Assembly (NCBI RefSeq): GCF_009914755.1
Contig: NC_060933.1
Origin: the human T2T-CHM13v2.0 reference genome, Homo sapiens
Length of the DNA stretch: 64,000 bases
Direction: 5' to 3' (one strand)
Shown here in pieces: positions 47,102 through 60,765 of this stretch. The notes under the pieces were generated by a model. It ran no database searches. It was given only the letters and a program-made list of their open reading frames with translations, and was not told where the DNA came from. A program made the position numbers and the translations under genes. Each line of letters starts with the position of its first letter. The first letter of the stretch is position 1.

Positions 47102-50100
47102 ATACATATCCACAGCCACAAGAAAAAAAGAGGATGTCCGAGCATTAAGAGCAGCAGAAAGAGGGGGAGAAAACTAAGCAAAGGAGGTAAGAGGAGCAAA
47201 GAAGAAGTCAAGGATCATATCAAGAAGAAAACAGGAGAGGAGCAGTCAAGAAGCCAATGCAGAATTTCTAGGGGGAAGTCTAAGCTGGACCACAGCAGCC
47301 TCCGAGAGGCAATGTTGAAGGTCACAGGGCTGCAAGGAGAGGAACAGGAGATTAACATTTATACAACACCATGTGGCTCATCACCTTGGTTGAAGGCAGT
47401 CTCCAGAAAGAAGGTGCCAGAGGTGATCTTCCTCAGCTCCAACCCCGACTCCCTGATGCGGCTGCAGTCCACCAGGGTAAAGGCCTGTCCAATTAGATTC
47501 AACCCAGAGATCTTGAAGGAATACCTATCTAGGAGTGGTTTCTAGAACCCCAAGTATTCAACATGCCTCAGGAGATATTCTATTGAAGCGCAAATTGTGG
47601 TAAATGTATTGCAGACAATAAGCTGAAATGTGAAATCTCCAGATTTGTCTAAATGATAAGATCCTTTCTAGATGGAGAGAGGATAGAAGCAAAGAAAAGA
47701 AAGGGGAAAACAAAAAGAAGAGAGATGCAATTCTCTAGCAGTTGCATGGGCTCCTTGTAAGAGCAAGACATGCCAGGACAGCTCAAATCCAACTGGAGCC
47801 TCCTGTCTTCTCCAGGGTTACATGACAGAGTATTTAGCCAATGCTTGCCAGTCCGGAAAGGAAAAAAAGAATCTGAAGACCTCTTCAGGATGAAGAAAGT
47901 GAGATTCAAGGCTTCTGTTTATATAATAAAAAATTTCCTCCATGATAGAAAACCAAATGGTAGGGAATGGATGAATGATAATGCTTCCTTCCCAAACTTA
48001 AGACTTGGCATGGCTGAAGAAAAGAAGTGAACTGCTCCATAAAATTTGAGCAGAGCAGAGGAGAGAGAGCACAATTCCCGAAGAAGATATAGTCCCTTGT
48101 GGAAGATCCCTTCTCAACTGACTCTCAGGGCTGAGGTCATTAACCTAGAAGGCACATATTGGAGCAGATGAAGGCCTCCTGACAAGAAGGAGCCTTGGGG
48201 AAAAGGGAATTATACTTGCACCCTTTTTTAGAGAATACTCCTGAGTGTGTGGTCTCCAGAAACCCACGTATTTAGCAGATATCATTATTTCTGTGGATAC
48301 TGGGCCAAAATGTAAACTTGAATTCAACTGTAGAGACTAGTTTCCCAGGTGTGCCTGCAATGTTAGGGGTGAGATGAAGCACCAATGGGGACTTTCACTC
48401 AGCAGGGTTGGTCTAGGAAATACACAAATTTCTCACAACCTTCTTCCCCTGTGATATCTAAACCAGGAGTGCCAATGCCATCACCTATAAGACGAGAAAG
48501 TGGACAGAAATGTCTAACTTTGACCCACAGGAAAGTTTGCTCCCTGTTAACAAACAATTGAAGAGGGAAGAATTAGGAGCCGGTCTCTTGACATGACAAG
48601 CTGACATGACAAGCTCCCAAGATAGCAAGGGAGGTCCAGAGATTCCATATTGAATACAAGGTCCAAGTTAAGAGTCTTGACATATGCCTAGAATTGGCCC
48701 TATAAAACTGAGCCCTCACCCACTTTAGACATTTCTTTTTCATTCTTGGCCTTCACGACTACTAAAGTGTCTTCTCCCTGAGGGGTTGCTGCATTCTTTT
48801 TCCTCCCAGGCCAGGTGACAATCATAGACTCAATAAGAAATTCCATAGCCAAGCCCTTTTACTCTTCTGTCTCTGTCTTTAAATGATCTACTTCCTCTAA
48901 GAACCTTAGGTAGTACCACAACTGGGACAGGTGCAGTGACCAGCTAACACAGAATCCGTGTAGCACCTGTCCTGGAACCCTGTCCAGCCCTATCCCGAGA
49001 TTCAGGCTTCTATAGCAGTCAAGCTCATGATTCAGCCTCCCTTGGGTGTCTGGTTATGTGGCCCCTTCCACATTCTTTTGGCCCTGAGAAGCTCTCATAA
49101 TGGAAAAGGATTTGTTTTGACAATGGCAAGAAGTTACAAGCAAGTAGCTTTTAGTTCAATATTTGAGGAGGGAATTTGTTAGGACTGGAGCTCTTCAACA
49201 AAAGACTGAACAGCCACAGAAAGAGGGTCATGGAAAAGGACTTGAGCAAGATGGCAAACCACCATCATGGAAACCAAGAGGGGATTTTTGCCTTAGGTCG
49301 TTTGCTTCTAACTCCAAAATCTGAATTGCTAAGCCCCTGTGGAGCATGGACTATGTCTTATCCATCAGCTCCCAGTGAAATTCCTAAAAAGTTTTCATTA
49401 ATCATCTGTTTATGATTGCACATCCAGTGAGCAGACCATTGGAAGTTGCTCAAAACAGGAATGTTTTACTTGAAAGGGCCCAGCCATCTCTTGCCTAAGC
49501 CTCATCTGTGGACAGAAGCAGTTTTCAGTGAAAAGCCTGCCAGGAAGCTTCTGATTCTAAAGGGATTTCACCCACAAGTCCAAAGGCTCCACATTGCAGG
49601 AAAAAAAGGAGGGCAGGGAGTGTATTTTCAGGGCAACTCAAATCTATGCTCCCAGGAAATAATAATAAATAAAAATAATAATAGATGTTTTAAAAGGAGG
49701 GCAAATCCATTATAACAGCAAACTGACATTTGGAAAAAGTGGGAGTGGGGAGTTGAGGTGAGGGACCTATTATGCATGGAGTGACAGTCTCTGGAAAAGG
49801 GCTCTGACCCACCAACATCCTTATTTCCCTCTATTCCCAATGAATGACATTGCCCCACCTATTACAAGGCCTGTTCTTCATGAGAGATCAAGCTTCTAGA
49901 GCAAGGGGCCCTGGGCTTAACCATATTAACATTTGAATGGCTTAAATGAGTCCCTTTCCAGGGAGCGTGCATTGTAATGGGGAAGCGAGGGTCATGGCTC
50001 ATCCACAAAGGAAGAGAGTAGAGAAAAGGAAGTCTGGGTGCTTAGAAGACATATTTCTCCTCCATTTTATGTAGACAAGAATCAAAATGTCACACAATTT

Positions 50101-53067
50101 GTTTTTTTCGTCTATTTTTAACTCATATATTGACACAAAATTACCAAATACCATAAATAATTATCATCCCAATAAAGATATATCTAATCAACCTATTTTT
50201 GCAATATGTTAGTATTACATTTTAAAAATGTTTATTCACACACTAGGGCCCTAACTCAGACACCTACAGGGTGTCCTAACACTCAATACATCAGATCTAA
50301 AGTTCTTTAACTTTGTTTCCTCTCCATTCCCCTTGCTCTCCTTGATCTCTCCTGTCTCCTTACCTGCATATTTTTATCTTGCTGCAGAAACAGAATAAAT
50401 GTCCTCCTTTCCTTTTCCTTGCTAGTCAAACTCTTTACTTCATCCAGTCCAGTTGAGACCCTTTCCTCTCCCCAGACCAACTCAAACTATCCCAAGTCAA
50501 AGGTCAATCATCCCTCCTCTGATTTCCCCAAATACTTCATTGATACCACTAAATTCAGCACCCATTTTTGAGTGCTTCTATCCTTTCCTCAGTTCAGAGG
50601 AAGCTCACCCATGGCAAGGAGCTGGTTTAGGATGAAAATGGATGTACTCAGTCTTTCCTCATCCTGCTTATGTTGTGCTCTGAATCTACTCAAATGCTCT
50701 GGCAGAAAATGAACACACAGTTCCACTTTATTATGAAGTATGGAAAAGATGACCCTTCCTTGAAGGCATTGAGACAGTTGATACCCAGGTGCCCCTCCTC
50801 AGTAGCAGAGATGCCAAATATCTGCAATACAGATTCCATTTTGAACATGGCTAAATCACAGTGGCTCCCCCAGGATAATCTCACCCCAAAAATGGGCATG
50901 TGAAACCAAATAAAATCAAGATGGTGAAGTCACCAAAGTGATAAAGTCACTGGATATATTCCATCTGGTCATGGAGATAAACATACTCAAAACAAAGGTT
51001 GGCTTTTAGCCCCATGCATTCTTAGGAACCATTCTTCCTTAACACAAACTTGCGCCTGTAATGTTTCATTTAATAAGCTTTTCAGAGGGTACTTGGGGGT
51101 AGGGAGGGTTTGGAGCATGCTTTATTACCCAGCATCCATTTCTTAGACCATGGGTTTCCAAAACTGTGCTAGGAGGACCTAGAATCAAGTTAGTCCACAT
51201 TTAACTGTATTGTTGGTCTCCTGCCAACAACAAAAATAAAACCACTCCAATCTCATTCATAGGGAAAAGTCTGCTGAAATTTCTAACCTAGAATGTCAAC
51301 CAAAGGACATTGCTGTCCAGCCTTCTGTGAGGTTATTTTTAACAGTGAAATGTCTCCAAAATGATGCCACTCTGCCTCTATCCAAACTTTAAGCCTGTCC
51401 CAAAACAGATCTACACGCTACCTTTGCTATATTGCCAATTGGCCTGTGGGCAAAAGTCTGTCTTGGACCCCACAACTGGGAAGCTCTAAGCTCTGTGATT
51501 TTACTACCCCTCTAAATGGCAGATATAGCCATTTTTCATCTGACCTGAATTCAATAATGTTTTGCTTTGAATTTTTTAAAATAAATTATTAAAATGCTCT
51601 CAAACTTACGTACCAGAAAAATGATCATATGCACATCTAGATTTTAAAAGGGTGATTTCTGCCTGAAGTAGTCTGCACAGCAGTAAAGCTGCATGGGTCC
51701 ACTGGTAGGTAAGTTAGCAACAGTGGACCAATTAATTAACCTTCCTCTGCAGCGTAGCCACCATTAACGCCAACATAGCAGTAGTGATTTTGCATCTTAG
51801 AGATCACCCTGAAAGCATAAAGGAGAAGATCTACTTCTAGAGGGCCTAAAAAGCAATTCTTCCATCAACCAAGAAAAATGCACTCCACATTTGCAGTTAT
51901 ACCATGATGTAAATGACAGGAAATAAAGCACATACTGGAAATGTGTAGCTTCAGACACCCTAATCAGCTATTCTGTCAATACAGTAAAGGGCAGAAAATC
52001 CCAATTCCAGATTTTGAATTTAGCAAAAAGGCTAAAGAGGAGAGACACATTCATACCAACCCTCCCATACAGACGCATTGATCCTTCCTGTGGGCATATT
52101 CACGAAAATGCACATCCTCTAGCTATGTATTTTGTCAATATCAGCAGTAGTTTTAAATTACCTCCTAGATGTATTCAAAATGCACCTCTTTGCCCCAGAC
52201 ATAAAAGCGAGTGAATAAAATACAAATACAGCAATTAAATTCCATCCCTACCGCAACTCTGTTTAAAATGCACGTGAAGAAAATTAGAAAAAATGTTCAC
52301 TAGGGAAAAGCAATCCCAAAAGGTCAGCTGCAAGGTAATATTCATATAGCTGTTATTTAACAAAAGTTTAAGGTTAGGGAGAGTATCCAAATGTTGTATT
52401 AAAGTAAATCAATCCCTCTTTTTCTTTCCACCTATAAATGAAGTACAGTAAATATGAAAAATGTTCTCCCTAAAATGGAATAGCAAGTTTAAATTGCTCT
52501 GTGCCAAATGTTTATAGACACATAGCATGTAATAACCAAATGGGATCACTCTGCTTGTCTCTTCATCAGACACTATACTGTATTATCCTTTTAAATTCCT
52601 GTTTTTCTACTGCTAAGTTTTATCCAGTCATAATGGCCATCATTTTTATTCTGACACCTCTTATAAAAACACCATATCTGCCTTGAGTTCACTAGGAGAC
52701 CAAGAATGACGTCCAGAAAATTATGACATGGGAAAGGTAGACTAGCTAAACATGATATATGTTTGTTTCTCTCCAAATCACTGAAGAATAAAAGGGCTGA
52801 ACCTATTCCTTTTCCCCTTGTTCTTTCTCCTTGCTCCATTTATTAACATGCTTTTCAGAAAATACTAAAAAGGGAGATGCCTTTCTCCCTCTGTCCTCTC
52901 TCTCTCTCCCTCCCTCTCTGTCTCATACAGACACACACAAAGTGCACAAAATATGAACCATGCCCCAGAATATGCAGCCTCCACAAAGAGGCACACAGCT
53001 TCATACACAAGCTTATGCTGCCTCCAAAAACTGAGATTCCCCCCCCAAACTTAGGATCAGTCACTGA

Positions 53068-53373
<306 letters not shown>

Positions 53374-56299
53374 ATGAAAAAACATTATTTCTTTATGAAC
53401 CAGAGCCGAGAATAAAATCAACTTGAAAACAGTACAGAGAGGCTTCCAAATCAGAACATGGTGGAGACACTAGAGAGGGGGAAGAGAAGAACAGCAAATA
53501 TGCTGTTACTCAGAAAAAGGACTCAGTCTGCAGCAGGGTGGGCCTGATAGGGAAGGCTAGGATGTGGGGGGCCAGACTGGGCATAGGAGGAAAACACAAT
53601 ACAAGAAGTCCCCCAGCTGTAGGCAATGGGCAGAAACATAGCCAAGTTAATGAATACGGGAGAGGCCCAGTGGTCAGCCGCAGGTGAGGGAGTCAGCACA
53701 GGGGCAGAGGACTGCATCATGGGAAATGGGCAGCCTGGCCAAGCATCTGGCAGCAGAGCGGCCAAGCAGCAAGGGCTAGACTGAAGCTTAGGGTCAGGGT
53801 CCCCATATCCCAGGAGTGTGAGAAGATCCTGGCAGATCTTGTGCTAACAGGAAACATGAAGTGTACACAAAGACAGCAGAACAAGACAGTGACCTGTTAG
53901 GAGGCCGCGGATACAAGGCATAGGTAATGGGAAGAACACGACGGCCACTTGATTTTAGCAGCTGACTTGAGGCTGAACTATTAACCCCCATACTCCCCCA
54001 AAAACTCAGTAGTCCTAGGCTCAGTTCTCAAGGCAGAAGGGCAGTGAAGGGGTTACTTAAATAATAACTGCATAATAGCACTGTCCACTAAAAAAAAATG
54101 CCTAGAACATAATAACTGCTAGAATAATCGCTCGCATTCATCCTTATCCACCTTTCTAATCTTTATATGAAACAAATATTACTGATACTGTGCTGGACAT
54201 TCAACCCTGACCAAGACACCAATCCTATTCTGAAGATGTGGACGGCCTGATGTGGGGAGGAGGGGCATTCCTGTTTTTGTTGTGTCTCTGATGTTGCCTT
54301 TATAACTCCAGCCCCATAACTGCCCCCACTGCTTCGGAGATGAGAATGTTTAGACCTGTTGGTACTTTAGGAAGGAGGAAAGGAATCTCTTATGTCAGAC
54401 CCTAACCTCAGCTCCTTCCCTTGAATATTACCTTTTAGAGGCTAAGTGAGGGACAGCTAACCCCAAAGCTAAGGCTGCCATCACCTGGTCACAGCCACCA
54501 CTGTTTGGGACCTGTCCATACTGTGTCAGGAAGAAGCATGTCCTAACTGGTCTGGGTAGAAGCTGGGCACAGGCTGTCAAGTATCAATTATGCACAAAGT
54601 GGTTTTCACTCCAGAACACAGTAAACACAAAACAGACCAGAACTGGGTCAAAAATGTAGACTAAGCCATGTGATCATCATATGGAGAGAACTTCACAGAG
54701 GGTAGCCCAGAGGCAAGAGTTCAAAAGGATCAGCTTCTTTAAAAAGACAAAGCCATGTGGAGTGTTTAGCCAAGATCTTTGCAGTTGGCCTCTCTCTCCA
54801 GGTGAAACCTCCTACCCCTAGAAATTCTAAACCAACTGCAGTAAAATCCCTTAGAGAAAGAGCCCTTCTCAGCAAAGACTCACCTCCACTGTCAATATCT
54901 AAGTAGGTAAACCATGATCTCTAGGCATATCAGTTACCTGGGTGTTTTAGCAGCTTATAAGCCCGTCCTCTCTAGGAAGGAGACTGAGGTTTAGGGCTGA
55001 AAAATACACTTCGCATACATTCTGCTCCCAATTTGGCTGTTGAAATTTCAGAGAAGGACAGTGCTAAACACCTAAACTGTATAGTTACTCACTGGAATCC
55101 CAGAGCAGTGATGCTGCAAAATGGAAGAGATAGGGCCCGATGCATGTGACATTCTCCCTGACCCCCACAGATGTTCAAATAAGCAGAAATACAAAATACT
55201 GTCGCAATCTACTAAAACTACTTGTCTTCTCAATGTGCACACATATCTGTAGCATAACTTACAAGCTAATCTTTCTTGGTTCTTTATCCGTAAGTTTAAA
55301 AAGACAAATTTCAAAGCAAAATGAGATTTTTAATAAATTTACTTTATTTACTGAAATGCAATTTTCTGTTCTTTGCCATTTTTTAACTTGCCTGATACTT
55401 TTTAAATGCCTCTATTTAATTTTATGACATTGATTTACAGGTGATAATTATTTGGGGGTTTATGATTCCAAATGTCTCATTTTACTGTTTGCCATCAGCC
55501 AGGCCCCTTTCAACAACATGTTTTTGGCTACGAAGTTCATTGGCCAGTAAAAAATGTTCTCTTTGCAATAATATGTTCAAACCCTTCGCCAATTCATCTT
55601 ATGCTTCTTTTCTAAAGTTGGGGTGAAAATGTTTCTGAAGGTTAAAGTTATCATGAAAACTGAAGCCGTGTTCAGATACAAATCTGGTTCCTGTACTCTA
55701 GGATTTGCCATGGGAATCCTCACAAAATCCAGGCTCATTTCAAAATCCTGAGTGTGGGAATGCCACAGTCAAGTGAGCTTTCTTCTCTCTGCTCTTGCCA
55801 TACAGAAAGAAGACTGTTTCTCTCCAGTCCTTAGCACCTAAATCCATGAAATTACGGGGTTTATTTCCAGGGCACTAGTGAAACCATTACTTTAAAGGAA
55901 GATTATTTCCAGAAAGACTACATGAACTATTTCCCCAGATAAGTTAATTTCTTTATCATTTACGCAAAAATTGTTTCATTTCTGTCTCAATGCTTTTGCT
56001 GTCTGCCTCCATGATATGGAATGCCCTCCACCCTGGTATCCTGCTGACCAAATCCTATTTCAACCTGCAAGCCCTGCTTAAGGTCCACCTTCAATTCCTT
56101 TGGTCTTTATCAGCTCTTCTCTGACATTCAACTGGCAAATTTTCGAATATATTTCTTGCAGCAGGTGATATACCACTTGACATAGCACTAATTGCAGAAA
56201 AGTGCTAGAGGTACAATAAGTGAATTTGATTGAGAAAGTCTCCAATTCCTGACAGTGGAGGTAGCAAGGTGCAGCTGAGTTCATGTGGTTTAGGAAAAA

Positions 56300-56430
56300 A
56301 AAAGACCTGCCTATGACAGAGTCTTGCTCTAATGCTTACTAGCTATGCAGGCTTTGGCAGTCACTTTCCCTCCCTGAGCCTCAATTTCCCATTCAAAAAC
56401 TTCATGGAGTTGTTGCAAGGCTAAAATTGG
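56300..56430 (+). mobile_element. MIR fragment
   Basis: cttactagctatg...gtcacttt...ctgagcctcaatttccc core. Confidence 0.65.
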
Positions 56431-56439
56431 GTTAGGTGT

Positions 56440-56870
56440 CAGCCACTTTCCTAAACACTGGAGCTACAAAAGTGAGTATGATAAAGCCCCAGTTTTGAAA
56501 AGGCTCATAGTCTGTGGTTATTTGCAGTAGCTTCAGGTTCTCTGAGAGAAACAGTTAAGTGGCATTTGGGAAACAGTAAGCTGGAAACAGTAGGGGAGAA
56601 ATTGGAGAAGGAGAACGTGCAGTCTGAAGCTACTCCAGAATTGCTGACGTATGCTGAAGACTGGGAAAGGAAGACAGCAGTAGAAGTGGAGATGAAGGAA
56701 AATTTGAGAGACATTACAAATGGAACAGAATTATAGGCCTTGATTTATTTCATATTTAAGATGATAGCGGAAATCGATAAAGAATCATCTCAAATTTCTC
56801 ACCTAGGGGACAGGTGCAAGCACTGACAGATATGGAGTAACTGGGAAAAAGAGCTGGTTTGGGTGATGGG
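56440..56870 (-). mobile_element. L2 fragment
   Basis: Purine-rich L2 antisense-like sequence (gaaaatttgagagacatt; aatcatctcaaatttct). Confidence 0.5.
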
Positions 56871-57379
56871 AGAGATTATCAGCCTCTACAGAGGCTCCAC
56901 AAATGCCCATCTCAAAGTCCAACAGCTTCTTCCTTCACAACTCCATTGAGTCCTTTTTCTCTCTTTAATCTTGTCCATCTTGATTTTATCTATAGAAAGT
57001 TCAGGGATGAGTTGAATAATCAACTAGTTTTGCTAGACTTCAGCAAACAGGGTGTACCACCAATAAGAAATACACTCTTCTCCCTACCACACAAATCTTA
57101 TTTATTGCCTCTACTTGAATTTTAAAGGTAAAATGACTTTAGCCTAAAATAGCCCATGTTCCTCTTGACCGTGCCTCCAATATTACAAATATCCAACTGT
57201 CCTCTGAAGCTGCCTGGGCAAAGCTAGGCAGCTTGGTCTCTTTCAGTTGGGGAGTGGTGCTTCCACATTCTGAGCCAGTAACTGCCACCCAGGTCCAGCC
57301 AGAGTCTGCCTTCTCTGGACCCCCCAACTCCTGCTAGTCACTGAGCATGCTCACTGCAGGTCAAGAAAGTGATTCTTTA

Positions 57380-58250
57380 AATAGCCCCTAATTAATAGAG
57401 ATCAAAAAATTTAATGTATGCATTTCCTTTCATCCAACAATTCTAGAAATTTATACTAAGGAAATAATCAGAAGTACACATAATGATTTGGCTGCAAACA
57501 TATCTATTGAGGCATCCCCTTAGATTGCAAAAAAAAAAAAAAAAATTTCAGGGACATTCTGAATGCAAAACAATAAGGGAATATTTAAATAAATTGCCAC
57601 ATAGCCACATATTGGAATGTTATGCAAACATTTAAAAAGTTGTACAGGCATTTTAATGGCATGCAGAAATATTTGAAATAGATTTTAATAAGTTAAAAAA
57701 GTAACAGAACCACATGTAATTTTGGTCTCAATTTTGTGTCATCCATACATATACATGTATACACAGATACATTACATATATATACACACACATATATACA
57801 CATATATACATATATACACATATATACATATATACATATATACACATATATACACATATATACATATATACACATATATACATATATACATATATATGTG
57901 TATATATACACATACATATATATGTGTATATATACACATACATATATATGTGTATATATACACATACATATATATGAGTATATATACACATTCATATATA
58001 TGAGTATATATACACATACATATATATGAGTATATATACACATACATATATGAGTATATATACACATTCATATATATGAGTATATATATACATATATATA
58101 TATATACTCATATGCATGCATACTCAGAGAAAAATAACCTGGGAAGATATAATTACTGTTATCTCTAGGTGAAGGGATTAAAGATGATTTTTATTTTCTC
58201 CTTTCTGAATTTTCCAAGTACCTATTAAAATGTTTTGTAATCAGGAAAAA
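57380..58250 (+). mobile_element. L1ME-like 3' end hosting a microsatellite
   Basis: caacaattctagaaatttatactaaggaaataatcag and ttatctctaggtgaagggatta. Confidence 0.6.
57745..58120. repeat. Compound (TA/CA)n microsatellite grading into a 26-bp minisatellite
   Basis: Unit TATATATACACATACATATATATG(T/A)G, about 7 copies from 57901. Confidence 0.95.
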
Positions 58251-60564
58251 AAAAAACTAAAATAAAGGGAAATTGGCCACGAAATGGGCCATGACTTGAG
58301 GAGAAGAAACCTCTGAGGATGGCAGGTATTCCATGGAATATTTATTACTTAAGGGGATTTTACTCGTTCGTTTGAATGCTGATGTGTTCAGTCTTTCCAC
58401 CTCTTATGACAAGGTGCTAAGAACTCACTCATCCTGTCCTCTGCCCACACCTCACTTTATGCATACATACACCTAAACATGTACCCTAGGATACAAATGC
58501 CTTGGGGGAAATACTACGCCTTATTTATCTTGCTTACTCACCTCCATTGCCAGCAGGTGCCTAAAATTTTTGCTGCATTAAATTTGATCAGCACATTTAA
58601 AAATTCATTCTTTGAATGTCTACTAGGAAGTACAGCTGTGTAATTGTAACCGTATATTTTATGACCCACTCTTTCCCTACCTGCCTCCACCTTCATTTTT
58701 CTTACACCACAAATCCTTTCACCCATTTTCATAGTTTTCAGGAGATAGTATTGTATTTTATGGGACAGTAATGATGAGGTGTCTAAGTTGTTTCAACCTA
58801 AGACTGCAAGATTTGAATAAATCTGTGAAAAGTTTGGAAAATCACTGTTTATTTATCCTATGGTTCTCATTTAACTTTTCTAAGCACAATATTCTCTGCT
58901 GTTTAAAAAATGTATTCACTTCTAAAAGAGGGCAAAAATTTCATTTTCTTAGGTCACCTAACCCAATTCAATATTCTTTGTTGCTATGCTCAATTATAAA
59001 ATGAAAAATTGAAAGAAAACCCAATTTTCTTATATAATATGGTCACATGAGCCAGGTTATAAAATATTATTCACCATGCCCTAATCATGTTTTTAAGCTT
59101 TTTAAAAAATAGCTCAATACTTAATTTTGTTAGTAGTACATATTGTCTGGATTATTTCATTCTTGAAATGTAAATGGATCTAGTAGCTAAGGGTTTCTTA
59201 AGAGGTGAATATTACATTCAAAGTCACACTGCAGGTGTAGGGAAACATAATCTCTTTTACATGGGGCCTCATATTGTAGACATCACCGTATGTATGTAGT
59301 TGGTTGAGAACTTCAAGAGAGATAGCTTACACGTGTGCCCTCCCACAATACACACACAACTCACACACTCACATACTCACATACTCTTTTAGGTAGAGTA
59401 GAAATCTTTTCTAAAATAAGGATTGAGGCACCTAATGCAAACTTGAAAATGTTTAGCCTATAATTTTCATTAATTACTGTCTCCAATACAGAGAGCTGCT
59501 GGGAAATTAAAACATAAAAGCAATGCTTTTTTTGTGCCTTGTATATATTCAGCAAGAAAAAGAAATGGAATAATACAGTATACACTAAGGAAAAGCCCCC
59601 AGTTTATAATATATTAAAGGCATTATTTTAAATGTGTTTCTTTGTTCCTTGTGGGGCAGCCCTTTCCCTGAACACAGAATAAGCACAGCCTACGCACCTG
59701 TAAATGTTCTCCAGCTTTCACCAACCATCCTCTGTGTATCTAGGCCTGCTTTTCCACAGCCTTTCTCTTTTAAGTAGCTAAATTCATTAGAGATTTCAGT
59801 AAGAAATCATGTCATATTGAGACAATTAAGTTTTGGATTTCTAAAAATAAAATGAAATAAGAATAAATGTGTTGGCAATTGAAGAAGGGTTATTTGGAGT
59901 GTGAGTTTTCAAAGGTTCTTGTCTGAAAGCTATAAACTCTAATTAGAACTGATTTCCACCTAGGATAATCCATCTTTTCCCCTGCGTTTCTCCTGCACTC
60001 TAAATAAAACAGAAGTATTGTATGGATGGAATAAATCTGAGTTATACGAGGTAAAGGCATTACATAATTAACAGTACTTGAGAAATTACAAATATATCCT
60101 AACCTTCTCGAAAACTACTCATGTCTTCCCCCAAATCCCTGTTACCATGCCCTTCTATGACCATTTCACATTTGCAACTTCACCGTTGCAGCTCGCCCGT
60201 TCTAAGCATCTCTGCCTAGTTTTCTCCTAGCTAGATGACTTAAAGTCCCATGACTGATGTTATATTTTTCTCCCTGAAGAAAATAACCATATTATATACT
60301 GCTTCAAACTTTACACCACATTTGTGCTCTGATTTTTTTATCAGGACCTCCAACTCAATTTTTTGTCCAATTACAACTTCTCTCTGGTTTCAAGATCTTT
60401 CCCAGCTCTGCAGAGGAAGCTGCTTCCTTCCTGGGAAGGCACTTGCCCATTTTTGTTTTCATTTGTTGGTATTATTGTCCTTCGCTAAGTCTTCCCTGAA
60501 GGCACCTTGTGAAGAGAATACACACAAAATCCAGACAAGCTTCTTTCTTCACAGATCATGAAAT

Positions 60565-60765
60565 AGTACAGAGTTTGAGAATCTTAAAGATCTGGATTCA
60601 CATTACATCTTTACAGTGTGAGCAAACCAAATAGTCTTTCTGAAACTCAATGTCCTCATCTGTAAAAGGGGGTCCCAATAAGTACTTCAGTGTTGCTGCT
60701 GCCAGGATTCAATGAGATTATCCTTGTTAAGAGGTCATTACACTTCCTGGCATCCCAAAGTGCTC
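60565..60765 (+). mobile_element. MIR fragment
   Basis: tctttctgaaactcaatgtcctcatctgtaaaagggg...ggattcaatgaga. Confidence 0.65.

Noticed and set aside
48589-48614. 13-bp tandem duplication TGACATGACAAGC
   Set aside because: Ordinary slippage duplication.
57693-58071. Five overlapping ORFs rich in Y/I/H/T/C/M/V
   Set aside because: Translation of the TA/CA microsatellite.
58542-58560. 19-nt minus-strand segment with GAG|gtgagt donor
   Set aside because: Acceptor lacks a pyrimidine tract; length is not frame-preserving.
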